From: Eledone cirrhosa
Lineage: Eukaryota
Direction of reading: 5' to 3'
Length of the DNA: 64,000 nucleotides
NCBI GenBank assembly: GCA_964016885.1
Contig: CAXHJY010000052.1
Span: forward strand, 26,694 to 90,693
A program made the position numbers and the translations under genes. Below the pieces are notes generated by a model that saw nothing but the letters and a program-made list of their open reading frames with translations, made no database searches and had not been told where the DNA came from. Of the stretch, positions 27,045 through 38,346 are shown one piece after another; within the stretch, counting starts at the first letter, position 1; each line of letters starts with the position of its first letter.

Positions 27045-27954
27045 TCTTAAAATAATCACTCTGCCTATACATCAAGTGTTCATTTTGATACTACTACCAG
27101 TAATTCACTGAATCACATCCACTATATATATATATATATATATATATATGTTATGTAATTCCAAAGGAAAAGCAAAGGAAAAAAGAGTGCTCTATGTATA
27201 GAACAGAGCTATTCACTTTCTATATATAGATATAGATATATAACCAAGACTGTCAATTGCCTGAAGTTGAATGCAAATCCATCCAGATTTAACCAAAACC
27301 AACCACGAACCGAACCCAACGGATTCTAAACTATACATTTATATTTGACCCCATTCCCTAGATCCACAGCACTCAAGCCTAAACTAAATCATGTTCCTTT
27401 TTCTGCATTCCCACCTCCTGTCAAAACAACCTCTGACCTACACCAATTACTGATATGAGGATGATGGATGTCATCAGGCTGCAGCTATTATATTATTTAG
27501 TTTCTATATAAAAAGAATATTTATATATTCTTTGAATGGAAGCCAAATATATAATATGTTTTATGAACTATATTTCCTCCAAAATGATTATCAGAATAAA
27601 TGTCTTCTTTTTACCAGATATACTGATGGTGGCAAATTCCCAGAATTCTTTGCAAATACATCAGTAACAAAAGATCAAAGCCAATCATATCAAAAATATC
27701 AAAGTCAAATGCCTCATTATAGATATATCAACTTTTGTAACACTCTTCTCATCTCATTTTCTATTTTGAATCATTGAAATCCTTTTACACCTTGTTCTGA
27801 TTTGTCATCATGCTGTTGCTGCCGCTGTTGTTGTTTGTTCCAGTTCTTTAGGCTCTGAGTTCAAATCCCACTGAGATCAATATAGTCCTCAGGGGGGCAG
27901 GGGTGGGATATTTAACAAGACAGAGGGTGTGACATGGCTGGGGGTTTGAATTAC

Positions 27955-28280
27955 AGATACAACTCACTATTGCCAGCTCAGTGGACTGAGACAATGTTAA
28001 ATATAGTGTCTTCCTCAGATACAACCCAATTTTACCAGCTCAGTAGACTGGAGCAATGTGAAATATAGTGTCTTCCTCAGATACAACTCACTGTTGCCAG
28101 TAGACTGAGTCAATGTGAAATATAATATCTTGCTCAGAAACAACCCAGTTTAGCCAGCTCAGAGGACTGAGGCAAAGTGAAATATGTTTTGCTTAAGGAC
28201 ACAGTAGACTGTTGGGAATGAAACTCACAACCTTGCAATTGTGAGCAGAACACCCTAACCACTAAGCTCCACACCTTCAC
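27955..28280 (-). mobile_element. Old tRNA/CORE-like SINE with the CORE-like segment tandemly repeated ~4 times (~60 bp unit)
   Basis: Repeats of ccagctcagt.gactg..caatgtgaaatatagtgtctt followed by the tRNA-like head ...aaccactaag. Confidence 0.7.
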
Positions 28281-28779
28281 ACATCTGCAACTATGTTTCT
28301 ATACCTTTCTCATACACAATACACATTATATAGAACAGTGGAACGTGTAAAATTATGCAAGCTTTGGTAGATATTTTGGGTATATTATACATAGAGAGAG
28401 AGTTAAATAGAGAGATATAGAGAGAGTGAGAAAGAGTCAGATCAGACAAACTAAAAGGAAATATTTACACGCACACAGGCTGAGAAAATAGATTGAAAAT
28501 GAAATATTGAAATAAGGAAAATGATAAATAAATGTTGCTAGAGAATTATGAATGTTTTAGAGAGCATATAATTTTTGAAGACACTGAGAGATTCAGAGAT
28601 ACAGAAAGATATTGATAAAATGAAATCAAAGAAATTCACTGTTGGAATGTTAATGTCCCTTGATATAAAGCGGATGTGTTAAATCCAATCTATACTGGCG
28701 TGTTAAGACAAAAGTTCGGAATATTTATAAATTGCGATGTTTATATAGAACAGTAAACAGTAGCAAATCAGTCAAAAAT

Positions 28780-28995
28780 AATGGGTTCCTGCATAGGCAC
28801 AAGGCCAGCAATTTGGGGGGAGGGGAAAGTCAATTAAATCGAACCCAGTGCGTGACTGGTACTTTATTTTACCGACCCCGTAAGGATGAAAGGCAAAGTT
28901 TACCTCGGCAGGATTTGAACTCAGATCATAAAGGGCCATAACTCTATGCTGCAAAGCATGGTGTCCGACGCTCTACCGATTCTGCCAAACCACCA
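28780..28995 (-). mobile_element. SINE family A, long variant
   Basis: Matches 22808 and 50843 copies. Confidence 0.88.
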
Positions 28996-29082
28996 TCAAA
29001 AATAATGAGTGAGAGGAGGTGATAGCAACAACTAACTTAATATTTATTCAAGAAAAGTTATATGTATATATATATGTGTGTA

Positions 29083-29423
29083 TGCACATGGCTTAGTGGT
29101 TAGAGCATTGGCCTTGCAATCGAAAGGTTGTGAGTTCAATTCTCAGACCGGGTGATGTGTTGTTTCCTTGAGCAAGACACTTTTATTTCACATTGCTCCA
29201 GTTTACTCAGCTGTAGAAATGAGATGATAGGGACTGGGGTCCCTATCATTCCACTGCAAAGTGGTCATGGAGGTGCCATGGCAAAAAACCACCCAGCACT
29301 CACTGTAAATGAGGTTGGTGTTAGGAAGGGCATCCAGCTGTAGAAATCAAGCCACAATCAGTTCCCGTCCCACTCTTGCAAGCAGGGAAAAGTGGACGTA
29401 AAATGATGATGATGATGATGATG
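29083..29423 (+). mobile_element. SINE family B, essentially full length, (TGA)n tail
   Basis: A box tggcttagtgg, B box gagttcaattc, CORE-like ccttgagcaagacact..ctcagctgtagaaatgag, RTE-like tail. Confidence 0.92.
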
Positions 29424-29436
29424 AATAGTAATAAAT

Positions 29437-29757
29437 GAAAGATATATACTTTATATCATCTCTATTTATTTCATTATATATTTTGAAGATGTAAAGATTT
29501 ATGTATAACGTAAAGCAAAACATGTCCTCCTCGGACAAAATACATATAAAATCTATAATTTTTTCCTGATATACTGGTAGACAAACGAAATGGACAGATC
29601 AATGACAACCAAGCACATGCTTATCAGGAAAAAATTATACAATTTTATATGTATTTTGTCTGAGGAGGACTTGTTTTGCTTTATGTTATACATAAAACTT
29701 TACATCTTCGAAATATATAATGAAATAAATAGAGATGAAATAAAGTATATATCTTTC
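29437..29757. repeat. Fold-back element with ~135-bp inverted arms, each carrying a hammerhead-like motif
   Basis: Arms 29437-29571 and 29622-29757 are imperfect reverse complements. Confidence 0.9.
29652..29727 (+). ncRNA. Hammerhead-like motif with long stem II
   Basis: TATTTTGT-CTGAGGA-[GGAC..TTTATGT TAT ACATAAA..CTTC]-GAAA-TATA-T-A-ATGAAATA; helix I is 8 bp including G-U pairs. Confidence 0.6.
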
Positions 29758-29859
29758 GTATAATACTATTATTATTATAATAATACACTGTATAATTTTA
29801 AACCATTCATGCTTGGCATCTGTTATATATAAGAACAAGTTGATCACAAATCAACTAAC

Positions 29860-30020
29860 ACTAAAAGAGGGAGACTGAGCTTGACTTTTGATGCCCTAAG
29901 GACAGACACAGGTCTCTTGGAGATGCAAGACATGGCAGCAATGATGAGAGACAGAGACTGCTGGAGAGAACTCGACTTTGGATCTCGGAAATTTTACCTG
30001 CCCTAGATAGATAGATAGAT
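29860..30020 (+). mobile_element. RTE-clade LINE 3' end with (ATAG)n tail
   Basis: KRGRLSLTFDALRTDTGLLEMQDMAAMMRDRDCWREL...* followed directly by a tetranucleotide tail. Confidence 0.7.
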
Positions 30021-30166
30021 ATGTATGTGTGTATATGGATATATATATGTGTGTGTGTGTGTGTGTATGTGTGCGTGCGTGTGTGTATGTATGCATGTGT
30101 GTATGGATATATATATATATGTGTGTGTGTATACATATATCTGCGTGTGTGTATGGATATTTATAA

Positions 30167-30356
30167 ATCATCATTCATCATTTCATTTTACGTCCGCTTT
30201 TTCCCTGCTTGCAAGGGTGGGACAGGAACTGATTCTGGCTTGATTTCTACAGTTGGATGCCCTTCCTAACACCAACCTCATTTACAGTGAGTGCTGGGTG
30301 CTTTTTTGCCGTGGCACCTCCACGACCACTTTGCAGTGGAATGATAGGGACTCCAG
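30167..30356 (-). mobile_element. SINE family B, 5'-truncated at its internal hairpin
   Basis: 3' half matches the other B copies; homology stops at atgatagggactccag. Confidence 0.9.
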
Positions 30357-30364
30357 CAAATAAA

Positions 30365-30600
30365 TCTTTCTGACATCATAAGGTGTAGGAGGCTCACATT
30401 AACCAGACATGTGAAACATCACAATGAAGCTGCTGGCAGAGTTCTTTTCTGGAAACCTGATGTATGCAGACGAGTTGGGAGACCAGCCACCAAGCTGAAG
30501 GATGTCCTTGAAGATGACACCAGGCTGGAGGCAAGGAGAAATTCAGACTCAGATGGCATTGTTGGATAGGGTGAACTGGAGGAGGTTCTTTTGTCATGGC
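30365..30600 (+). mobile_element. RTE-clade LINE 3' coding remnant
   Basis: IIRCRRLTLTRHVKHHNEAAGRVLFWKPDVCRRVGRPATKLKDVLEDDT. Confidence 0.65.
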
Positions 30601-30745
30601 ACCAGTAACAGATTTACAGAAGAAGACTGAACTGTTGTTTCATTTATTAACCTTGAAATGATGAAAGGCAAAGTTAACCTGCACAGGATTTGAACTCAGA
30701 GAACAGAGCCAGTATTAATAACTCAAAACATTCTATCCAGCATTA

Positions 30746-31170
30746 TATGAAGGTCAGCTGAAAAGATCATAGGTTGACTATGAAGGATTGATGCTAGAGC
30801 TATGAAATCGTGCATGCATTACTTTCAACTCTTCTTATTAACCCTTTAGCATTTATATTACTCTATATTTACTATTGTTTTTTCATGATAAACACCTTAT
30901 TTCACAAAATGATCTCACATAATATTGAATCTATGAGATTTTGAGAATATTCATTTTGGAGAACAATATGTTAACATAAGTATGAACAGTCAGTTATGGC
31001 CAGTTTGAACAGAAAGAGGTAAAAGAATTCTGGTTGGATATGGCCAGTTTAAATGCTAAAGAGTTAATAACTGCATTGTTTCTTTCCAGGGACTATGTAA
31101 AATAAACCTCATTTGGTCATTTCATGAGAGTAGCTTGGTCAGCCTATAAACTTTTCGGCTGACCCTTGTA
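30746..31170. mobile_element. Mariner-like MITE
   Basis: ~30-bp imperfect TIRs: tatgaaggtcagctgaaaagatcataggttgac and, reverse-complemented, tacaagggtcagccgaaaagtttataggctgac; TA at both ends. Confidence 0.75.
30842..31063. mobile_element. piggyBac-like MITE nested in the mariner-like MITE
   Basis: TTAA|CCCTTTAGCATTTA ... TAAATGCTAAAGAG|TTAA. Confidence 0.75.
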
Positions 31171-31359
31171 AGGACTCTGCTGTGTGAAATCCTTGTCAGT
31201 TATTCTACGTACCTTGTTCCTAACTCCAAAGTTCTGAACTAAATGAACAAATCTTATTGCAACAATGCAATTTCTGCTTTGTGATCTGTCTTCATTACGA
31301 AACTAAATATACAAGATGATATTTTAATGGATGGTGAAGTATAAGAAGAGGAATGCCTG

Positions 31360-31905
31360 AGATGATGATGATGATGGTGATGATGATGATGTTGCTGGTG
31401 GTGGTAGTGGTGGTGGTGTTGGTGGTGGTGTAGATGATAATGGTGATGCTAATGAGGGTTGTGGTGATGGTAGCGGTGATGATGATGATGATGGTGATAT
31501 GCTGATAGCTGGAACAAATACCACATGAACCATTCTCTCTGACATTCTAACGACTCTACCACTCTACCAATTCACTACTACCACCACTACTACCACCACC
31601 ACCACTACCACTACCACCACAACTACCATCATCACCACCACCACTACCACCACAACTACCATCACCACCACCACCACCACAACTACCATCACCACTACTA
31701 CCACAACCACCACTACCACCACCACTACCACAACAACTACCACCACCTCTACCACCACCTCTACCACTACTACCACTACCACTACCACCACCACTACTAC
31801 CACTACCACCACCACCACTACCACCACCACCACTACCACTACCACCACCACTACCACCACCACTACTACCACTACCACCACCACCACCACCACCACTACT
31901 ACCAC
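31360..31905. repeat. (GAT/GGT)n then (ACC/ACT)n low-complexity tracts
   Basis: Direct inspection. Confidence 0.85.
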
Positions 31906-32246
31906 TCAACTAACAGTGTTATACTGAGGGACATTTTCCAGCTTTAGAATTTATATAAGGTTTATTGACTAAATATTTCTAGAATGTTCCAGTAAATGCT
32001 TTAAGTAATGTATTATCGTCTTTCGAAATATATTTTGGCTCTTTTTCTTTTCTTTTTGTTTGTTTTCTTTTATTTTTCTCTGATTTTCTCATAATTTAGT
32101 CAGCAGTAAAATGTTCAAAGTCTAATGCAAGAAATATGTCCACCTCGGAAAAATGAGTTAAACGTGTCATAATTTTTATTATTATTATTGTTTTTTTCTT
32201 CATTTACATTTGGCTTCTCACAGAAAATTATCTTCCTATCTTCATT

Positions 32247-32277
<31 letters not shown>

Positions 32278-32782
32278 CATTATAGTGGTCGTTGTTGTTG
32301 TTGTTGTTGTTGTTGTTGTAATTATAGTGGTTGTTGTTGTTGTTGTTGTTGTGGCTTTGCTTTTACTTCAAACGAGAGCAACAAATCGCAACAGTCTAAG
32401 AAATGTGAAATAATGAGACAATGCTTGTACATTCCCTTTCAAAAACTCTCTTCTAATGATATTTTATGGAACAAATATGACCGATGTATTTATTTATATA
32501 CCGCAGTTGAATATTCTACAGTATTCTAAATGGTAAAATGTTTGGGAGGTGAAGTATATGTGGGTGGGTGGAGACAGAGAAATGGGGGGGGGGGGGGATA
32601 GATACTGTTGTGAGTATAGACAGACTGCAAATAATGGAGGAGAAAACAGAACACATCTATTTAGAAAATATATAAATTATATATATATTGAATTGAAGAA
32701 AGTTGGTTGATTGAAAATCTGCCGACTTTTTCTTGATAGATGTGAAGCACTCCAAAGTTTTTATTCATCAGGAGTTTTATTA

Positions 32783-32990
32783 TAATGATTTCTTATATAG
32801 ACACAAGGCCAAACATTTTCAGGGGAGGGAAAAGTCGTTTAAACCGACCCCACAGTGTGTGACTGGTACTTTATTTTATCAACCCCGTAAGGATGAAAGG
32901 CAAAGTTAACCTCGGCGGGATTTGAACTCGGATCATAAAGTGCAAAGCATGGCATCCGACCCTCTATCAATAGTGCTAATCCTCCTCCCT
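32783..32990 (-). mobile_element. SINE family A, long variant, diverged
   Basis: Body matches the consensus. Confidence 0.85.
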
Positions 32991-33056
32991 CCTGGAGTTT
33001 TATTATAATAATAAACAAGAAAGGCGGTTTTATTCATAAGTCCCTATTTATTTTAT

Positions 33057-33122
33057 TGTTATACGTATTTCAAAGACGTAAGGTAGTTGTATAACAACTA
33101 CCCTATATGTTCTCTTCGGACA
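33057..33122 (-). ncRNA. Degenerate hammerhead-like motif
   Basis: Minus strand TGT-CCGAAGA (U4>C)-[long stem containing GGTAGTTG/CAACTACC]-GAAA-TACGTA-T-A-ACA, then AATAAA. Confidence 0.5.
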
Positions 33123-33136
33123 TATGCTTACTGTTT

Positions 33137-33143
33137 GCATGTA

Positions 33144-33213
<70 letters not shown>

Positions 33214-33373
33214 TACATGCATACATATATGTGTGTATATATATATATATATATACACACATACATGCATACATATATGTGTGTATATATATATATATAT
33301 ACACACACATACATGCATACATATATGTGTGTATATATATATATATATATACACACACACATACATGCATACA

Positions 33374-33415
<42 letters not shown>

Positions 33416-33450
33416 TACATGCATACATATATGTGTGTATATATATATAA
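33137..33450. repeat. Compound AT/AC minisatellite (~55-60 bp period)
   Basis: Repeats of acacacatacatgcatacatatatgtgtg(ta)n. Confidence 0.85.
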
Positions 33451-33516
33451 TTAATCACTGCCATGACTGAATTATAACCGTCAACATAGTCAAGGTATGT
33501 CAGGCATCAACTAATT

Positions 33517-33553
33517 TTATCTGATGAGGACGTACTGTTGAAATAGCTCAGTA
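33517..33553 (+). ncRNA. Hammerhead-like motif, helix I imperfect
   Basis: CTGATGA-G-GAC GTACT GTT-GAAA-TAGC-TC-AGTA. Confidence 0.4.
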
Positions 33554-34294
33554 CCTCTGAAATATGTATAATAAAATATATTTGATCACATGAATGTCTG
33601 TATTTATTAATATTTTGAAGTAATATATATATATGTGGCAGGTCGCTCTTCAGTACGACTGGTAACATGTAACCCAGTACAACCTGTCTCATAGTTGGGT
33701 CGTCGGCATCTAAACCGGCAAGCCCACCAAGCTTGCTTGGTGAGGAGGAGAATATTTGGACACCCTGTGGGATGAAACACAAGTCCCGGCAAAGGTGGGA
33801 GGAACTCAACAGAGTCAACGGCCATCGAAATAGTAGGGGTTTTTTTTCGTTTTTTTTTTTTATCGTATTTTTCACCTGGGCGGGAAAAGGCCCCCAGTTG
33901 TTGTCACAACTCCTTTCTAAGAGAAGAAACCTCAGAAAATAAACCTGCGGCTTCGGAAGCATCTGATGATATTGACCGGTGATCCTTTTCGGGTAGTGTT
34001 TTCGATGTTCAGAGATTGGGATTAATCGAGTGCAAGGTCTTTCCCCACTTTAAAAAATGTTCAAAGCACAGGCATTGCTTGTTCATGATATGTTACAGGT
34101 TCGTGTGGCTGGCCATAGCCTAAAAATGCACCAAACTCTATAATCTGACAAGCAATTGTAGTACTGTTAGCAGAGTTTACAGCCATCACATATTTATATA
34201 TAATCATAATCATAGGTTCTGTATGTTCTTCTGTTTAGACACACTTATATGTTAGTTCACAAATGCATGTTTGTGAATTTTTGTGCAGATATAC

Positions 34295-34361
<67 letters not shown>

Positions 34362-34443
34362 CATATATATATATATATCGTAAAGATGTATATGCATATA
34401 TATATTAAATATCCAAATGACAAACAAAAATATGAATTAATGC

Positions 34444-34484
<41 letters not shown>

Positions 34485-34514
34485 CTACACACATATATAT
34501 ATATCTACACACAC

Positions 34515-34556
<42 letters not shown>

Positions 34557-35229
34557 GTAATAAACATGTACAATTCTTTATGACGACCAACAATTGCTTG
34601 AGGAACTTAATAATAACAAAAGAACATTTCAAAGGATATTTGAAAAAATTCAATTTTAATTCATCCTTTTCTTTATTAACTCTTAAAAACCTTAACATTC
34701 AACAGTGAATTTTATAATTAATTTCTAAAATAACTTGAAGGGTTTTTACAATTAATAAAATTTCTACATCCTCCTACCCATAATTCCATTCTTTAAATGA
34801 TTATTAGTGAAAAATAAAAATTAAATTAAAATTTTAATAAATTGTGTTTGCATTCATGCGTTTTTAGCAAAGAAACTCATAGGATTTCCCCAAATTGGAA
34901 TTCTTTAAACCATCATTCTCTTTCATAAAAGAGATATAAATATGGTAATAAATTTATTCAGTTTATTCTATTGTGTTTCTTTTACAGGTTGCAGTCACAG
35001 TCATTTGGCTGTGGCCATGATGTAGCACCACCTAGAACAGATTTAGTTGATCATATCAATTCCTTTCCTTTTGTTTATTTTTGTGGGATTTTTTTCAAAA
35101 TGGTACTTATTTCATTGTTTTATTTTTTGGGGTGGGGCGATTTTTTGTCAAATACAACCAGTCTGTTTTAGACAAAGAGAGTGAGAAAGAGACATAGAGA
35201 AAGAATTGACTCTAAAGTCTGTCTTGAAC

Positions 35230-35480
35230 CCGGAAGTTCATCAGGCTGGTGCTTATCCTGGTTTCCATGAAGAGTCTTGTACTCTCAGTCACATGAAGTG
35301 ACTGAGAGCAAAAGACCCCCCACCCCCACCCCTACCATCTACGTGGATAGGATGCCAGTCCATTGCAGGGTTAAACCCTCAGCTATTTCTGGTACTCATT
35401 TTCAGCTGAGTATACTGGCGCAATGTGAAATAAAGTGTTTTGCTCAAGAACACAACACACAACCCAGTCACAGAATCAAA
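35230..35480 (-). mobile_element. CORE-like SINE of a further family, with a different 3' tail
   Basis: Shares cagctgagta.actgg.gcaatgtgaaataaagtgt.ttgctcaag with family B but is unrelated downstream. Confidence 0.65.
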
Positions 35481-35984
35481 ACGAATTTTCTGTTGTTACC
35501 ATTTAACCACATCAATAAAGTATAAGGGAACCAAATTGGAATAGATGGGGGGTTTGGTTATTGTCTGCTATTATATGTCTGTCACCAACGTGATGCTTTA
35601 ATCTTTGTCGGTGCACACTCCAGTACATCAGAGCAAGTTGCATGCCTCACTGCAGTGCATGACAAACACTTGGTTAATTTGCACTGGTAATTTCTTAGTG
35701 CCAAATCTCCCATTGCAGCCCTTCACTTATTGTAAACCCAGAAGGGCTAAAAGTGGTCAGTGTGACTGACAGAACCTAATATAAATTTAGCTGATGTTGT
35801 TGTTCTTGTTGTTGTTTTAATTGTTGTTAATTTGTTAATTAGTTTTAGATGGTCCTTTTTAGAGTTATAGATTTATATCTCTTTGGGAGATTGAGATCAG
35901 TTGTGTTCATGCCATTACATGGGATAAGGTTGGTGGGTTGGCAGTATTGGTATTGGATATAGATGCACACTTACACACACACAC

Positions 35985-36917
35985 ATACTAAAAGTTTGTG
36001 ATTGCTTGCTTGCTTGTCTGTAATGTAATACTTTGAAAGGAAGTTGACCCTGAAAGTTGACCCTGAAATGGGAATACAAATGGAATAAAACGAGTTTCGC
36101 GTAAATCGAAGCGCGCATTCCCGAGATATGGGGTTTTTCCAGGTACCTTCATAAATAGCCAAAGCGGTACATAATGGAAAAATACTCCGAAAGTAACATA
36201 ATCCTGCAAACCTTCATAAATAGCCCAAATGGTGCATAATGGGAAAATACTCCGAAAGTAAAATAACCCTAAAATGGGAATACAAATGTAATAAAACAAG
36301 TTTGGTGTAAATTAGACATAGACAATATTTTCATTATTCAAAAGAATAAGATTAAGTGAATAAGATTTTAAAAATACATTAAAAAAATTTTTTTCAGTGA
36401 TTTATCAGTGAATATGATTTCAAAAATACAAGTTGTTTGTACTTTAAGTATCTATATTTCAGTTTCTTTAAACAGACGATTAAACAGACGATATTTTAAT
36501 TATTAAAAAAAAACATTTTAAATTTGTTTTTACAGTAAATATTTTTAAGTTGTTTTTACAGTAAATGTTTATATTTTTGTTGTTTATACAGTAAATGTTT
36601 ATATTTTTGCTTTTGTTAAACAGAATATTTTAATTATTTAGAAATATTTTTAAGTGAATGTGATTTCGAAAATACAAGTTGTTCGTACAGTAACTATTTA
36701 TATTTTAGCTTTCTTTACACAGACAATGTTTTTTTTTTTTGTTTTTTTTCAAGTAAATACGATTAAAACAATGTTTAGTCATATTTTAAAATATTCTTAA
36801 GTGAGAATGACCTTCCAATTTCATTTTACATTATATACATGTCTGTGTATATTTTAGTTATTTAGAAATTATTTTATTTTTAAGTAAACATGGCCCAATG
36901 GATCATGGGTGGACTAG
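35985..36917 (+). mobile_element. Non-autonomous Helitron-like element, copy 1
   Basis: 5' atactaaaa..gtgattgcttgcttgc; 3' imperfect hairpin catggccc-aat-ggatcatg followed by CTAG|T; ends homologous to 48794-49398. Confidence 0.7.
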
Positions 36918-37238
36918 TATACTACTAAAACTCTGTGATTGCTTGCTTGCCTGTAATGTAATACAGCCAAAAGGGCGCATAATAGGAAAATACTTTGAAG
37001 GGAAGTTGACCCTGAAATGGTGATACAAATGGAATAAAACATGTTTTGCATAAATTGGACCACGGGTTGCTGAGATACAGGGTTTTCCAGGTACCTTCAT
37101 AAACAGAGAGAGAGAAAGAGAGAGAGTGAAAGATAGGGAGAAAGAAATAGTGGTTGAGAGAGTAGATTTAAATAGAGACATGGAGAGAAGTCAGAGAAGG
37201 AAAATGGAAGAGAGAGAGTGAGAGAGAGATACTGGTGT

Positions 37239-37285
<47 letters not shown>

Positions 37286-37470
37286 ATATATATGTGTATG
37301 TGTGTCTATGACCTGTGTATATAGATCACAGACACCCACATATATATATACACACACATATATATATGTATACACACACACATTTACATATATACATACA
37401 CACATGTGTATATATATACATGTGTGTGTATACATACACACACATGTATATATATATATACATATATATA
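36918..37470 (+). mobile_element. Helitron-like element, copy 2, head-to-tail with copy 1, 3' end missing
   Basis: Starts tatactactaaaactctgtgattgcttgc immediately after CTAG; internal homology to copy 3 (tagatcacagacacccac). Confidence 0.7.
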
Positions 37471-37635
37471 ACGTTTTTTTTTTAATATTTACATCTGCAT
37501 TTACAGATTGATTTTTCTCAGTTTCAGAAGATCTCGTAATAGGGTGAAAGCAGAAATTCTTTGCTTAAAGTTTAATTTGTACTAATATTATATATATATA
37601 TATTTAATTATGTAATAAACAACACAATATAATGA

Positions 37636-37706
37636 TTCCATTACCCAAGGTTTCACGAAGTCAGACGATTCTAACAGAGGCCTCTGAATCCGTTCATCAG
37701 ATAGAA
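37636..37706 (-). ncRNA. Hammerhead ribozyme-like motif (type I) with complete core
   Basis: Minus strand TTCTAT-CTGATGA-[ACGGA..TCAGA...TCTGA..TTCGT]-GAAA-CC TTG GG-T-A-ATGGAA; all three helices can form, GUA triplet. Confidence 0.7.
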
Positions 37707-38297
37707 ATCTTTAATTTGGATATAAAATATGAAATTGAAATCTATTATAAATGAAAGTGAGGTTGAAATAAAAATACGAGGAAAAATTCATGTACACAGA
37801 GAATCAGAATGTAAAATTAGGGGTAAAGATATATATATATATATATATATAAATATATGTAAATATCTTTAAGTCGTTTGGAAGCCTCGACAATGCAAAT
37901 GGGTAAATCTCCGGGTAACAAGATCCGGTGGTGGAGAGAGAGATGTAAGTGGGTGTACGTTGAGATGCGTGGCGTGTATAAGACATGTAGAGGAATGAAG
38001 GAAAGAGTATAAAGGATAAAATTAAAATAACAACACGAGAGAGAGTTACCTTGGGAGAGATTTAATTGTCCCTATATATTTCGGATTCACATCCATCAAC
38101 TGGGGGTTTTTTCCGGGGTGGGGGAAAGGTTGTCTGTCGGAAAGGTGCGAAACGCGTCCTCTGCTGTTTGTTGTTTTGAATATCTGAGTATGTATATATA
38201 TAAATATATATACATAGGCACACATATATGAAGAAGTACGTCTACACATACATACAACAAACATTCATATACATAAATAAAGCCACAAAAATACTTA

Positions 38298-38340
<43 letters not shown>

Positions 38341-38346
<6 letters not shown>

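Noticed and set aside
33635-33965. GC-richer block resembling an RTE 5' UTR
   Set aside because: Only a vague recollected similarity; no second copy or ORF in the window.
34970-35060. Strong splice acceptor followed by an ORF
   Set aside because: Downstream cagtcatttggctgtggccatg..gcaccacct looks like a decayed SINE end, and no donor is evident.
38135-38165. Hammerhead 3' half GAAACGCGTC
   Set aside because: No CUGANGA box upstream.
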